Assembly (NCBI GenBank): GCA_000388065.2
Contig: KB932207.1
Reading direction: 5' to 3' (one strand)
From: Fonticula alba ATCC 38817
Taxonomy: Eukaryota > Protista > Nucleariida
Length of the DNA: 61,188 nt
Part shown: positions 34,465-51,500 of the stretch, one piece after another
Layout of the letters: each line of letters starts with the position of its first letter
Position numbering within the stretch: position 1 is the stretch's first letter
The notes under the pieces: model-generated
What the model was told of the DNA's origin: nothing
Databases searched by the model: none
What the model saw: the letters and a program-made list of their open reading frames with translations, nothing else
Position numbers and translations under genes: made by a program

Positions 34465-37400
34465 ACGACCTCCGGCCCCGGGGCCGCCACCGACGCCCCG
34501 GAGCCCACCTCCTCCGGGGCCAACTACCAGCCCATCTACGCCGATGGGGCGGTGGTCCTGGAGCCGGAGCAGCTGGCCATCCTGACCGCCGGCACGGTCA
34601 CCGACTGGGGCCGGCACCAGGCCCGGCGCCTGGCCGAGGATTTGACCCCGGCCGCGGCGGCCCACCTGGCCGGGGACTTCCTCGTGCAGGTGCTCCCGGT
34701 GCTGATCCTCGGCTTCCTCAAGGCCAAGGTCGACAACATGGCGTACATTGGCCTGCTCCGGGCCCTGGTCCGGGTTTTGTCCCTGCCGCGGGTGGTGGAG
34801 ACCCTGTGGCCGGGGGCCGAGGCCGCCACCGGTCCCGACACCTCGGTCCTGCCGCTGCGGCAGCTGGCGCAGGTGGTGCTGTCCACCCTGCCGGCGGCGC
34901 GGTTCTGCTTCGAGGTGCTGATCAATGGCAGTGACAGCGGCCTGGTGCCGGATGCCCCGTGCAGCCTCTTTGCCACGGATCGCCGGTCGCCCATGGCCTC
35001 CATCATGACCCTGCAGCTGGTCCGGCTGTTGGTGGATCTCCTGCCGACGGCCGATGAGCATGGGGTCCTGGCGGCGCGGCTGCGGGCCCTGGCCACCATG
35101 CCGGCTCCCGAGGGTGCGCCTTCCGACGCGCTGGCCATGGCCTTCCTGTGCCCCCCGCCCGGGGCGGTGGCCCTGCTGGAGCGCCGGCCCTTTGCGCAGT
35201 CCCTCCGCCGGGAGGGCGCGCTGCACACGCTGCAGCGCTTCCTCCAGAGCTCCTGCGTGCACCGGCCCGTCGGGCTGGGGCCGTACCTGGGGGCCTCGCG
35301 CGAGGTCCATGCCGGCCATCTGGCCGTGTGCCAGCGGCACATCACGGCCTGGTTCCACTTCCAGACCGGGTCCCTGCTGAATGTCCTGGAGCAGATGGCC
35401 ACTCAGCCGGCTGCCGGGGCCGCTTCGGCCAGTGCTGCTGCTGCTGCTGCTCGGCGTGCCGCCCGGGCCCTCTCCGGCGATGCCCTCATGTCCGATCCCG
35501 ATGGCAGCCCCATTGCCGAGGGCGGTGGGGCCGATGAGGATGATGATGCGCTGGAGGGCGCCGGGCCGATGGCCTTCGCGCTGCGCTTCCTGGCCGCCCT
35601 GCCGGCGGACATGGTCCCGGCCGGGCTGGCCACCTTCAGTCGCCTCGACACGTTGGACCTGCTGACCCATGTGGCCGGGGCCTTGGACACCACGCAATCC
35701 ATCCCCCTGCTGGTGGCCTACCTGGGGGTGGTTGCCTCGCTGCTGGTGGGCGAGGTGTTGCCCGAGGCCGGGGCCTGCGCGGCCGGCTCGGCCAGCAGTC
35801 CCGGGGCCGGGCCGGCGGCCGGTTCCCCCGGGTCCGGGTCGATGGCCGGCTGCCCCGGCAGCCAGGCCACCCTGCTGGGCCGCAGCGACTCGAGCGTCCT
35901 GAGCACCTTCGAGTTTACGCAGTCCGGCCTGGCCGAGCGCCTGGTCGACCTCTTCACCATGAGCACGAGCATGGCGGCCGATGGGCCGGCATCGGCCCCG
36001 CCGTCCAAGTGGCTGGCCCAGCTGTCGGCCTTTGTGTTTGTCTTCTTCGGGTGGCCGCTGTCGGACCACGTGTCGGCGGCCGATGCGGCCGTCATCCGGA
36101 CGTTGCCGGTCCCGCCGCCGGCGGCGCTCGAGCGTCTGCTGGGCCTGCTGCACAAGACCGTCGGCCGGCACTGCGCCGGCGCGCAAACCCAACTGCCGCT
36201 GCTCTTCCCGACGGACAATGACCCGGCGGCGCTGCCCTTCGTGCCGACGGTGCGCGAAGGCTCGGACCAGGACTACCCGGCCCCGGTGGATGAGGAGGCC
36301 AAGTCGCGCTCGCTCAAGTGTGCGTCTCCCTGTGCTGTTGCTGCCCGGCTTCTGCGGTTGGCCGGTTCCTTCGGCCCCTTTTCCGGCCCCGTCCTCCCTG
36401 TCTGACCGTTCTCCTGCCCTTGGGCCTGCTCGGCTCGGCTCGGCTCGGCCGCGGTGCTCTCCAGATGTCAAGCAAAAGGTCCAGGTCCGTGTGACCCTGG
36501 CCTCGGATTCCCTGCTGGCCGGGCATTTTGACGCCTTCGCCGATGGGACCATCAGCAAGGATGTCCTGCTGCCGGCGCAGGCCACCGTGGCGCAATTGGC
36601 CCAGGCCGTTCGCCGGATGCAGACCCACCAGTCGAGCATGATGTTCCTGGGGATCGGCCGGAATGACAGCATCGACAATGTGGTGTCCATCGATGTGGAC
36701 CCGGCCCCGGCCGAGACCTTCTCCTTCCCCTCGCCGTCGTTGGACTTCGATGACGAGGGCCACATTGCCCCGGTGTCGCCCTTTGGCATTCCCTTCTCGA
36801 AGCCCGGCGGCCACTCGGACCCGGCCGCCGGTGGCAGCGGCAGCGGCAGTAGCCGGTCATCGCGCGCCTCGCCGGACATGGCGCCGACCACCGAAGCGGC
36901 CGGCGGCCCCGACGAGGCGGCCGACCCGGAGACCTCGCGCACTTCGCGCACCCGGTCCGCCGGTCGGCGGATGCTCTCGCGCTCGAACTACCTGCTGAGC
37001 TCGCTCCGTCAGCAGGAGGCCCGGCGGCAGGCGGCCGCGGCCGCGGCCGCCCCCCCGGCCGACGAGGCCCCTGGCAACACCAGCGGCAACAACAGCAGCA
37101 GCAGCAGCGGCGGCGGCGGCAGCAGCAGCTCCGAGGATGACAGCAGCCCGGTCGGGCGCCGGCGCCGTCGCCAGAGCAGCCCCCCCTCGCGGAGTTCCTC
37201 CTCCAGCGAGGACACCGACAGCGACGAGCAGTCGGATGATCAGAGCGACAGCGAGCCCGACAGTGCCAGCATCCTGGAGCTGTTCTCGCGCGCGGCCGCT
37301 GCCCAGCCGAACATCATGCCGGATGAGGCCCAGGCGCTGATGCAGCTGATGTCCATGCTGGAGGGGGCGGCTGGCGGTGCGCGCCGCCGCGGGGGTGCCC

Positions 37401-39218
37401 CCGCGCGCCCCTCCGCCGGCAAGTCCCGCCGTGACATCATCCAGCTGGTTCACGATCGAGACACCCTGCACCGGCCGAAGCTGGACCGCTCGCTGGCGGC
37501 CTTCATCCGGAAGAGTGCCGCGCAGTATCCCTTCGCGCCGGACGCCGGCTCCGTCCGGCGGGCTGGCTCGTATCAGGGTACGCTCGCCTGGGGTCCCCTG
37601 CTGCGGGTCCTGAGGCCCCTCTTTCTTTGCTTGTGCCTGTGCCTCCTGCTAACTGACCCTTTTCTCGCATCCCCAGATGCCGGCGTCCAGGAGTATTCGC
37701 TCTTCCTCGGGGACCGGGCCCTGCCCTACTCGATGTCCTTCCTGCAGGTGCTGAACATCCACTCCCGCGGTGCGTCCCCGGGCCGTCTGCCTGCCTGCCT
37801 GCCTGCCTGTCCGATGCTGGCTCCCGTGAGAAGGAAACGGCCTCCACATGCTCGCTGACGTCCCTCTGCCCCCCCCCCCCCCCCCCCCCCCCCCCTCCCG
37901 TACCTGTGTGTCTCATCTCGCCCCGGCACAGCCCCCTCCATGTTCATGGCCCATCCGCTGCACATCGAGCTGGTCGTGCGTCCCTTCCAGCCATCGCACT
38001 ATGCCCCGGTCCATGAGGTCGCGGCCCTCGGCATCCCCGGGACCCTGCTGAATATGCCCTTCGATCCGGCCCACTTTGACGATACCCACACGTGGGTGCT
38101 TCCCGAGTCGGACCCCGCGGCCGATCTGGAAACCGCCAACCTCGATGGGGTCGAGCACTTCCTGGCCACACCGCAGGGTATGTCGCCATCGGCCTGGATG
38201 TGGGTGTCTTCTGTGTCCTTTTTTTTGTCTTCCCCCCTCCCTCCCCCCCCCCTGGGAGGCTGGGAGCGAGATATCGGGAGCGTATGCGGGCTCATTCTCC
38301 TGAGCACCGGTGCCCTCTTGCCTGCCTGCCATCTGACTTTGGACATCCCCCCTGCCGAACGAAGACCTCCTCTCGCGGAACATGCGTCTCCCCTTGATCA
38401 TCGACCCGAAGTCTGGCTCTCGGGCCATCGGCACGCAGCTGAAGTTCTCCCTGGCGCTGATCCATCTGATCCGGGCCCTGGCCTCGCGGACCTCGCGCTC
38501 GGCCTTCTTTGACATGAATCCCACGGTCGACAAGGTGCGCGCTGGCAAAGTGCCCCACGGGCAGCGCTGTCCCCTCGCTCGCTTCCCCTCCTGTCTCCCT
38601 CCCCCTCCCCCCCCCTCCCCCCCCTTCCGGTGAACTCACACATTGGGTCGACTTGCTTTGCCATCTCCGCCCCCCCTCGGCATGCAGGCCCAGCTTCCCA
38701 TCCCCTTCGTCATCTCGGATGCCGAGCTCCCCGGGCGTCGCCAGTACAATGCCTTCGCCAATGCCCACCTGTCGTCCATGCTGCTGGCCGACTTGAACCA
38801 GCTGGAGACCTGCCTGACGGCCTCGGTGTCGCCGGTGCTCAAGGCACTGGCCTTCGCCTGTCCGCATCTGTTCTCGGTCGAGTCGCGCTTGCTGCTGGTT
38901 CGCAACAACATCACCGGGCCCAAGATCGCCGGGCAGGAGCTTGTCACCCGGAACCCCGCCCTGGAGAGCCAGTACACGCACCTGTTCCCGTACACGGACA
39001 CCGGGTCGCGCTTTGCCGTCCACCGGCGGGGCCTGCGCGCCAGCTCGCAGCTCATCACCAAGGAGCTCAGCTCCTCCGGTCGCGCGCCGCACATTCGCTT
39101 CGACCAGGAAGTTGGCACGGGCTCGGTGCGCCTTTTTTTTTCCCTCTTCTTCTCCCCCTTTCCCACCCCGCCGTATTTCCGCGGCTTTTCCATGGCAACT
39201 GACATTCACACCCTGCGT

Positions 39219-39290
<72 letters not shown>

Positions 39291-40943
39291 ACAGGGCCCC
39301 ACGATGGAGTTCTTCCACAAGGCGTCGCGTGAGTTTGCTCGACGTGGACTCGGCCTCTGGCTCGGGGACGATCAGTTCGTCGAGCATGTCCCCCGGTCGC
39401 CGGACGCCATGGCCCCGGCCGAGGCCCCCAATCGGGCCCCCTACTTCGCCATGCAGTGGCTCTTCGCCCCGTCGGCTGGGCTTGGCCCGGACAGCGACCT
39501 GACCGATGTGCCCTTGACCATCGGGGCCGCCGACGCGGCTGGCCCCTTCGTCTCGGTGCCGGACGCCGGGCTCTATCCCCGGCCGACTTTGAGCCAGAAC
39601 GACGCCCGGGCCTTTGGGCAGGAGCACCTGGTGCACGCGCGCTTCTTTGCCCTGGGCCAGCTGGTCGGCTGCTCCCTGCTGAATGCCACGATCCTGGAGC
39701 TGCCCCTGAGCGCGGCCTTCTGGCGCGCGGTGGTCTTCGGGCTGGATGCGGATGTCCCGATGGCCGCCGGGCCGACCGGGGCCGCCACCTCCCCGGGCAA
39801 GCCCTGGGCCGATGCCGTGTCCGGCGTGATGGGGGCCACCCCGCGCGCGGCCGTGTGCATGGACCTCCTGGAGGAGGTGGACCCACGGCTGCACATGTCC
39901 ATGCAGCGGCTCTTCCGCTTTGTGTGTGACAAGCGCCGGATTTTGGCCGACACCGGCCTCTCGCGGGCCGAGCAGGACCGCCAAATCCAGGCCCTGACGC
40001 TGGACGGCCAGCCGCTTGAGGCCCTGGCCCTGGACTTCACCCTGCCCGGGGCGCCGCACATCGAGCTGCTCCCCCGGGGGTCGGACATCCCGGTGACCGC
40101 GCTCAATGTCGACCGGTATCTGGCCCTGGTCATCCAAAACCTCACCAAGCACTGGTCGATCGCGGCTCGTGTGGCGGCCTTCCGCGCCGGACTCGGGACC
40201 TTCCTCGTGGTGGAGGAGCTGATTCCCCTGGTGGCCGGTGGCCTCATGCGGTCGGTGGACGATGTCCCCGGCCAGGCGCCGATGGATCTGCTTCTTGGCG
40301 GTGCCACCGAATCGTGGACCTTGGAGTATCTGGCCGAGCACATCCGGCCGTCGTACGGCTTCACGGCGGACAGGTGCGTCGGGTGTGCCCATTGCTGGGG
40401 AGAGCCCCTGCTAGTTTGTTTGGGGGGGGGGGCATTTTTCCACACACACCCCGTCTCTCCGCCATTGCTGCTTGCTGACATGCGCCCTTATCCTCGACCT
40501 CCTCCCTCCTCCCCTTGCCCGGGTTGCTGGTGTTGCTGCCGCCACGCGTGCGCGCATGGGGCTTCGGCTCTCGCTCTGGCGGGGGGGAAAAAAACATCCA
40601 ACGATAAACAACCCACAGCCCCGCGTTCAAGGCCCTCCTGCGCGTGTTGTCCGAGCTTGACGACACACAGCGCGCGGCCTTCCTGGCCTTCACCACCGGG
40701 GCATCCCGCCTGCCGATCGGCGGCCTGGCCAGCATCCAGCCCCCGCTGAGTGTGGTCAATAAGACCTCCTCGCATGTTGCAAGTGACTCCAGCGCGGCCG
40801 GGCCCACCGATGACACGTCGCTTCCCAGCTCCATGACCTGCTCTCACACGCTGAAGATCCCGAACTACTCGTCCGAGGCGATCCTCCGCGAACGCCTCCT
40901 GACTGCCATCTACGAGGGCACCGGGAGCTTCCACCTCTCCTGA
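32305..40943 (+). CDS. TRIP12: HECT E3 ubiquitin ligase of TRIP12/UFD4/UPL3 type, multi-exon
   Basis: The N-terminus is ARM-like (DLESLYMLCEMLLLS; LLREQAMSMALK). The HECT domain reads HIRFDQEVGTG|GPTMEFFHKASREFARRGLGLW, LYPRP, FFALGQLVG, LALDFTLPGAPHIEL and AFLAFTTGASRLPIGG. The catalytic LPSSMTC (Cys at 40839-40841) is followed by KIPNYSS...EGTGSFHLS*. The 5' end could extend into the gap. Confidence 0.9.
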
Positions 40944-41814
40944 GGGGGAGCTGGTGCTGCCATGCGTCCTACTTCTGCCCCTTGTCTTCCCTGCTTTCCT
41001 TTTGCCTTGCCACCTGGTGCTGGCCCATCCTCTTCTTCCATACCAAATAGAGCTCATTACCCCCTGTCCCACCCCCCTTTTTTCCCCGATATCACTGTCT
41101 TTTCTTTTGGCATGTCCGTGCACACGGCCAAGCCGAGGCCGGGAGTGTGGGCTTCGGGTGTGCGTGCGTGCGTGCGTGTGTGTGTGTGTGTGTCTGAGGC
41201 AGAGAGAGACCCCCCCCCTCGCGTTCGATGTGTACGTGTCACCCAACGCCGGGGGGCCCTGGCTGCATCATGCTCCTGAGGGGATTTGTACTTTTGGCAG
41301 AGAACAAGGCCGACTTTTACCTCCCCACAGGTGGCAGGAGTGGCGGGACCCTGAATATATATAAAAAGATAAATATGGACCCAGCATAGAAAAGAGGGAA
41401 AGGGAACGGGCGATGAGGGGGGAGACAGAGAGACAGAGACAGAGACAGAGACAGAGACAGAGACAGAGACAGAGAGCGAGGGAAAAGGCAAGAGGGGGAG
41501 AGAAAGGCGGAAGCAGGGGCCGAAAGTGCAACGGACACAGAAGCAGAGACACCGACCAAGCAGGGCAGCTCCGCCGAATGCCGGGAAAAACTACCACCAC
41601 CGAGATACCAACGCACCTGTGTGGGAAACTCTCTGAAACTTAACAGACCCAGATCTCAGCCCGCCAGCCCGGCGCAGGGGACCACGGCACCGATCTTCCA
41701 CCACCTCCCCGGCAGCAGCCCTTTTTCCCTCCCTCCTCTCCCTCCGCCCTCCTCTCCCTCCGCCCTCGCTCTCGCCCCCTCCCCCCCCCCTCCTATCCAG
41801 GAATATTGGGTTTG

Positions 41815-43458
41815 ATGCCGGCCGTGCCGATTTTGCCGGCCCTGCACATGGACGAGCTGCATCACCATCCTCCGGATGGTGAGGAGCATGTCCCGCCGGT
41901 GACCCACATCGCCGAACCGACTGGCGCGCCGCACTACTCCCCGGAATCGTCGTCCTCCTCCTCCGGAGCAAGTGGCCCCCTTTCGCCTGGCGCGCTGCAC
42001 GGCGACCGGGCCGTGCTTGCCCCGAATGCTGCCCCCGGGCCCGGGGCCAATGACGCGCACCCGGTGCTGGCCAACCGGCCACGGCTGGCCCTTGCCTCCA
42101 ACTCATCTCTCCCATCCTCCGGCCGGGTCCGGCGCATGTCCCTCGACAGCGGGGCCGGGTCCATCTTTCACCAGCCACAGCCGTTGTCATTCTCCAATTT
42201 CTCGATGACCTCCATCGCCACCACCGGCTCGGGGGACCCTGGCGACCCGGGTGCCCATGAGGGTGCCGGTGTCGGGGCCTCGAGCGCCGCCCTGCACTCG
42301 GGCCTTGGCCCGGTGAGATCGGAAGAGCGTCGTGGTCCGGCGCATGTCCCTCGACAGCGGGGCCGGGTCCATCTTTCACCAGCCACAGCCGTTGTCATTC
42401 TCCAATTTCTCGATGACCTCCATCGCCACCACCGGCTCGGGGGACCCTGGCGACCCGGGTGCCCATGAGGGTGCCGGTGTCGGGGCCTCGAGCGCCGCCC
42501 TGCACTCGGGCCTTGGCCCGGTGCCGGCCTCCCCCCGGCTACCCGGGCATCCTGGCTCTCCGGCGGCCGGGCCCGGACCGATGTTTTTCACCTCCGCCCG
42601 GGACTACACCTACCGGGGAGATGTGTGCATTCGCTTCAGCACCGTCATGCCGGAAATCATGAGCGGACGAGTGCGTACCTCTCCCAACCCCTCCCGGCTG
42701 CTGACTCCTGCATCCACCTCGTGGCCAGGAAGGCCTCCGGCTCTTCCCGGGCGGCAGGGGCCATGCACCTGCGAATACTGACTCTCCCTGCCTCCTCGCC
42801 GTGTCGTGCCGCGCCGCGCCGCGCCGTCCCGCCCCCGCCCCCGCCCCCACCCCCGGTCCTCCTTCCCACCAAGCTTGACCCACTTGCCTTTGAGACGGTC
42901 ATCGACACACTCAATGCCCAGCTCTCCCAGCTGGACCACCCCTCCCCCTACTCCAATCGCCCGGCACTGGTCGAGGGCATCATGTCTCTGGCCACCTGCT
43001 TTACCTGGTACCCGTTGATGTCCTTGCTGGTGCCGTCCCCCTACCAGCCGGTGGCTCTGATCAACAGCCGGCCGGTCACCCCGGCCGATCAGCAGGAGCT
43101 TACCCCGCGCTTTGGCCCGCACGCCAGCTGGCTCGGCCGGTGGCTGCCCACCATGCTGACCAGCACCCACTATGAGCGCGTGCTGGCCCAGCTGGCTGTG
43201 CGCATCCACAATGCCAACCGCACGGTGTTCTTCCCGTCGGGCTTCCGCCTGCGCGATCCCGTGCACAATGGCCTGCTCCACTTGGAGTTTGACGACCTGC
43301 ACGCCATCGCCCTCAACCATGCGGGGCCTGGCCGGGGCCGGCCCGGGGGGGGAGGCACTCCCAGCCCTCCGGCCACCCCCGGCGCGGTGGCCATCCCAAT
43401 CGTCACCCCGGCCCCCTACTGCCCGTGCCTCGAATGCACGGTCCCCTCCATGGCGTAG
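41815..43458 (+). CDS. GOLGA7: ERF4/golgin-A7 family palmitoyltransferase subunit with a disordered N-terminal extension (apparent frameshift is an assembly artefact)
   Basis: RDYTYRGDVCIRFSTVMPEIMSGR|LDPLAFETVIDTLNAQL...EGIMSLATCF...THYERVLAQLAVRIHNANRTVFFPSGFRLRDPVHNGLLHLEF fits the Erf4/GOLGA7 pattern. The ORF is continuous once the 208-nt adapter-plus-duplicate insert is removed. Confidence 0.75.
42127..42523 (+). repeat. Artefactual 189-bp tandem duplication (42127-42315 and 42335-42523)
   Basis: The copies are identical and separated only by adapter sequence. Confidence 0.93.
42316..42334 (+). other. Illumina adapter sequence embedded in the assembly
   Basis: AGATCGGAAGAGCGTCGTG is the TruSeq/paired-end adapter read-through sequence. 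It sits exactly between two identical 189-bp copies. Confidence 0.97.
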
Positions 43459-43563
43459 TCCACCGGCTGGGATCACAATACAGGCCTTCCCTCGGGCGGC
43501 ATTACCACCTGTCCGCCTTTTGGTCCCTCCGATGAACGGGGGGGGGGTGGGGGGGGAGGGGAG

Positions 43564-43607
43564 GTGCGGTCGGCGTGCGGTCGGCGTGCGGTCGGCGTGC
43601 GGTCGGC
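43564..43607 (+). repeat. 11-bp tandem repeat (gtgcggtcggc)4
   Basis: Four exact copies lie between the convergent GOLGA7 and CDC5L stops. Confidence 0.9.
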
Positions 43608-43773
43608 CTGGCTCAAATGCACGTGTGTGCATGGGCTCGCGCGTGCGGGGTCCAGGAGTGTTGTGTTGAGCATGTATTGTGGCTTTCGGGAACAGGGAGA
43701 GGGGGTTGAGCGGACAGGGGGGAGAGGGGGCGTGTGAATGGCGGAAGCCCGGCCAAGAGCCCTCACAGCTGAA

Positions 43774-47626
<3,853 letters not shown>

Positions 47627-48545
47627 GGCTGCGGCAGGGCACCGGCGGTTTGGCGGGCGGAAGCGGAGAAAAGGAGGGCGATGAAGGGCAGGGAAAAGGC
47701 AAAGGCGTGGATGGGATGCGGGATGTAAGCAGGGCGAGGGGAGGAACAGAGAGGGTGTTGGTGGAGAAAACCCTCCGTGGCCGGGAGGGGTGCCATCTCA
47801 CACGGTTTCTCTTTGGACAGGCCCCCCCTGTGTGAGCCAGCCCGTGGCCGCGCGTAAACCGGTGAACTCGGCGGAATCTAACTCCAAGCCCCTCGCCCGG
47901 CCGGTGTATGCGCACACGGGAGGCGGGGGAACAGGGAGGCAGCCGGACAAAGAGCGGGAAACCGGCTCCCAGTTCTTCCCCCCGCCCCCTGGCAGCCCAG
48001 CTCCATCGACCGGAACCGGCTCACGTTCGGAGGGGGTGTGATATGCACGCACGTGGCTTCCGCCTCCGTCGGGAGTTGCGCGGGCATCATGGCTCGCTCC
48101 CGCCAAGCGGAGATCGCCCCCCCCCTGGCCACGGCGGCCCGGACGCGCGGGCGCACTGCCAGCGCGATGGCCGCGCCACCAGGACCGCGGCCCACGCACA
48201 TTCGAGTGCCACACCCGTGCGCCCCTCCGGGGCGATGCCCCGACAACACCCCTCTCCGCCTGCGCTCGCCTCCNNNNNNNNNNNNNNNNNNNNNNNNNNN
48301 NNNNNNNNNNNNNNNNNNNNNNNNNNNNNNNNNNNNNNNNNNNNNNNNNNNNNNNNNNNNNNNNNNNNNNNNNNNNNNNNNNNNNNNNNNNNNNNNNNNN
48401 NNNNNNNNNNNNNNNNNNNNNNNNNNNNNNNNNNNNNNNNNNNNNNNNNNNNNNNCCCCCCCCACACACACACACACACACATCCCCCCAACCTTGTACT
48501 CCCTGATCCAAGACCTCCCTGCCGAGTGGAACATCCGAACACAGC

Positions 48546-51500
48546 ATGTGCGTTTGGCTGCTTGCGCCCTCCGCTCCCCCCTTCTCCTCCTCCTCTCCTG
48601 TCCTGCTCACACCTCCCTCCAAATGCATGCTGCTGTGCTGACTACCTCCCTCCTCTCCACACGCACACACGCACACACACACACACACACACGCACACAC
48701 GCACCCTTTTCCATCAACCAGGTCTCGTCTCATTGTCAAGAACATTCCTCGCCATGTTACGGAGAAGCGCCTGCGCGAGCACTTCTCCAAGCAGGGCAAC
48801 ATCACCGATGTCAAGCTGATGCGCACGCCGTACGTCATTCCCGGCTTCGCGGCCATCCCGCCCTGCCTGATCCCAGACTGACATGCCGCCTTTGCCGGTC
48901 CCTTCGTCACTCGCGTCAGTGATGGCGTGTCGCGCCGGTTCGCCTTCGTCGGGTACAACTCCGATGCCGATGCGGCCGCCGCGCAGAAGTACTTCAACGG
49001 GACCTTCATCGACACCGGTAAAATTATCGTCGAGCTGGCCATGGCCGTACGTCCCGATGCGATGTGCCCCCCCCCCCTCCTCCCCTCCTCCCCGGCGAAC
49101 ACCCCCATTGACTTTGTTGCGCCCCCCCCCCCTCCCCCCTCCCCTCTGTCGAAATGTGTGCTCCAGGTCAATGACCCGAACAAGGAGCGCCCCTGGTCAA
49201 AGCACTCGGAGGGCTCCTCGGCATACGAGAAGCGCCATGGGTCTGGCCTCCGGAAGCCCGCTGCGGCCGACAAGCCGGCTCACGATCCCGAGGCTGCCCT
49301 GGCGCACAGCAGCGTGCCCAAGTCCATCGAGAGCGACGCCAAGTTCAAGGGTACGCCACTCGTGTGTCTATCTTCGCCGATGGGCGTGCGCACCTTTTCG
49401 CCGGCCCGGCAGCCCGCTGCTAACCTGGTGCGGGCCTTCTGTCGCAAACCCATCCACACATACGCCTGCGCGCAGAATTCTTCGAGGCCATGCTGCCCCG
49501 TTCCAAGCAGAAGCTTTGGTCCAACGTCGACGGCACCAGCACCCAGCAGTCGGCCACTGCCTCGGCCCCGGCGAAGGCCACGGCCGAGGCTGCGGCCGCC
49601 GAGGAGCCCGGCGCGGACACCGGCAGCAAGACCGGCGGCCTGGTGGCCAAGCATGTGAAGATCAGCGGCGTGCACTCGCGCAAGCTCGGCGGCTCGGCCG
49701 TTGTGCTGAAGCGCATGCACGTTGTCTTCGACAGCGATGATGACGATGACGACGACAATGCGGGCGGGCCGCCGGCCAGCTCCAGCGCCACCTACGACGA
49801 GGCGATTCCCCAGCAGCCGGCTGCCCTGACGGCCGGTGCCCGGCCTGGCGATGTGGTCTTCGACGATGATGACACCGATGCCAGCGACGATGATGACTAC
49901 CAGATGATCGGTGTCCCCCGGCCGGCCGGGGCGGCCTCCAGCTCCGACTCCGATTCCGACGGGGACATGGTCGAGAGTGATGACAGCGACAATGAGGAGG
50001 CGTCGCCCGCCCCCCCGGCGGCCGATCTGATCATGGGCTTCGATGATGAGGTGGATGAGACTGGCCAGCTGCGCGAGCCGGTCGCCGCCGATGCCGCCAA
50101 TGCCGCCAATGCCGCCAATGCCACCGCCCCGGAGGACGACCACATCGACACGGACAATGTGCAGGATGCCGCATCGGCCCATGCGCAGATCGCGGAATCC
50201 GGGCGCCTGTTTGTCCGGAACCTGGCGTACACCACCACCGAGGCGGACTTGCGCGGGCTCTTCCAGAAGTTCGGCCCGGTGGCCTCGGTGCACATCCCCC
50301 TGAGCTCGGGCGAGGCCCGCAAGAGCAAGGGCTTCGCGTACATCCTGTTCATGATGCCGGAGCACGCGCTCAATGCCTATGCCGAGCTGGACCGGTCCTT
50401 CTTCCAGGGCCGCATTTTGCACGTGTTGCCGGCGCGGCCGGCGCGTGACACCGCCACCGGGCCGGATACCACCGCCCCCGATGGCCGGCCCCTCAGCTTC
50501 AAGGAGAAGCGCCTGGCCGAGCGAAAGGCCAATGCCGGCGATGTGGCCACCTGGAACTCGCTCTTCCTCAACCCGGACACCGTGGCCTCGGCCATGGCCG
50601 ATCGCCTGGGCGTCAGCAAGGCCCAGCTGCTGGACTCGCATCGGGCCAGCGCCGGGACCGCCAATGCGGCCGTTCGCCTGGCCCAGGCCGAGGCCCAGCT
50701 CGTCCAGGAGACCCGGCAGTTCCTGGTGGACTGCGGCGTGTCGCTGGATGCCTTCCAGGGCGAGGCGTCTAAGCGCTCGGCCGGCCGGTCGGATGTCTGC
50801 ATCATCGCCAAGAACATGCCCTACGGGGTGGACGGGGCCCAGCTCCAGGAGAGCTTCGCCAAGTTCGGCCAGCTAACACGGGTGCGCATGTGTCTTCCCT
50901 TCCCCCCCCCCCCCCCCCCCGGGGGGCCCCCCCCCCCCCCAGGGCCCCGACGGGGGGAGGGGCGGAGGGAGGGTGGCCGTGTGCCGTGCCATCCTCCCGG
51001 CGCCACATGCCGCCGGTGCTGGCGCTCCGGCTTTCCCCCTCGTCTCTCGACTTTTTGCGCGCACCAGCACACCGCCCTTTTTCCACCCAGCGCTCCCCTG
51101 CCCTTGCCTCCATGTGTGTGCGTGTGTGAGTGTGTGGCCCGGAGGCCGCCGGGGGTCGGGTGCGTCGCCCGCACTCCCTGCGTGTTCATGCGCGCGTGTG
51201 TGCTTGTGGAGGGCCTGTCCAGGTCCCTGGCGGCTGCTGCCGGTGGTTAAATACTGGGCCGCTCTTGGCCCCCGTGCCTGTTGGCGCAAACGCGCGTGCG
51301 CTACGGGCCGCCGCTGGGGCCGAAGGGGCGGGAGGCGGGCCGCCACGCCCCCCCCCCCCCCCCCCCCCGGGGGGGCCGGCCGCCAGCCCGGTGGTTTGAA
51401 TTTCCCCTGGCCGACACGCTAACTTCCCCATGCAATGCACATACCCACATGTGCGCTTTGCGTCCTTCCCCTGCCGCATCCTTGACGGACGCTTGTAGTT

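Noticed and set aside
33886-36951. 1021-aa minus-strand ORF and other long Arg/Gly/Pro-rich ORFs (e.g. 12681-14231, 16183-20254)
   Set aside because: These are antisense or alternate-frame shadows of real GC-rich coding exons, where stops are rare, and they carry no recognisable domains.
5929-40943. Functional link between the PPxY protein and the nearby HECT ligase
   Set aside because: The HECT ligase is TRIP12/UFD4-type with no visible WW domains, so it is not a PPxY binder.
42127-42523. Duplication as a transposon footprint or GOLGA7 pseudogenisation
   Set aside because: The spacer is Illumina adapter sequence.
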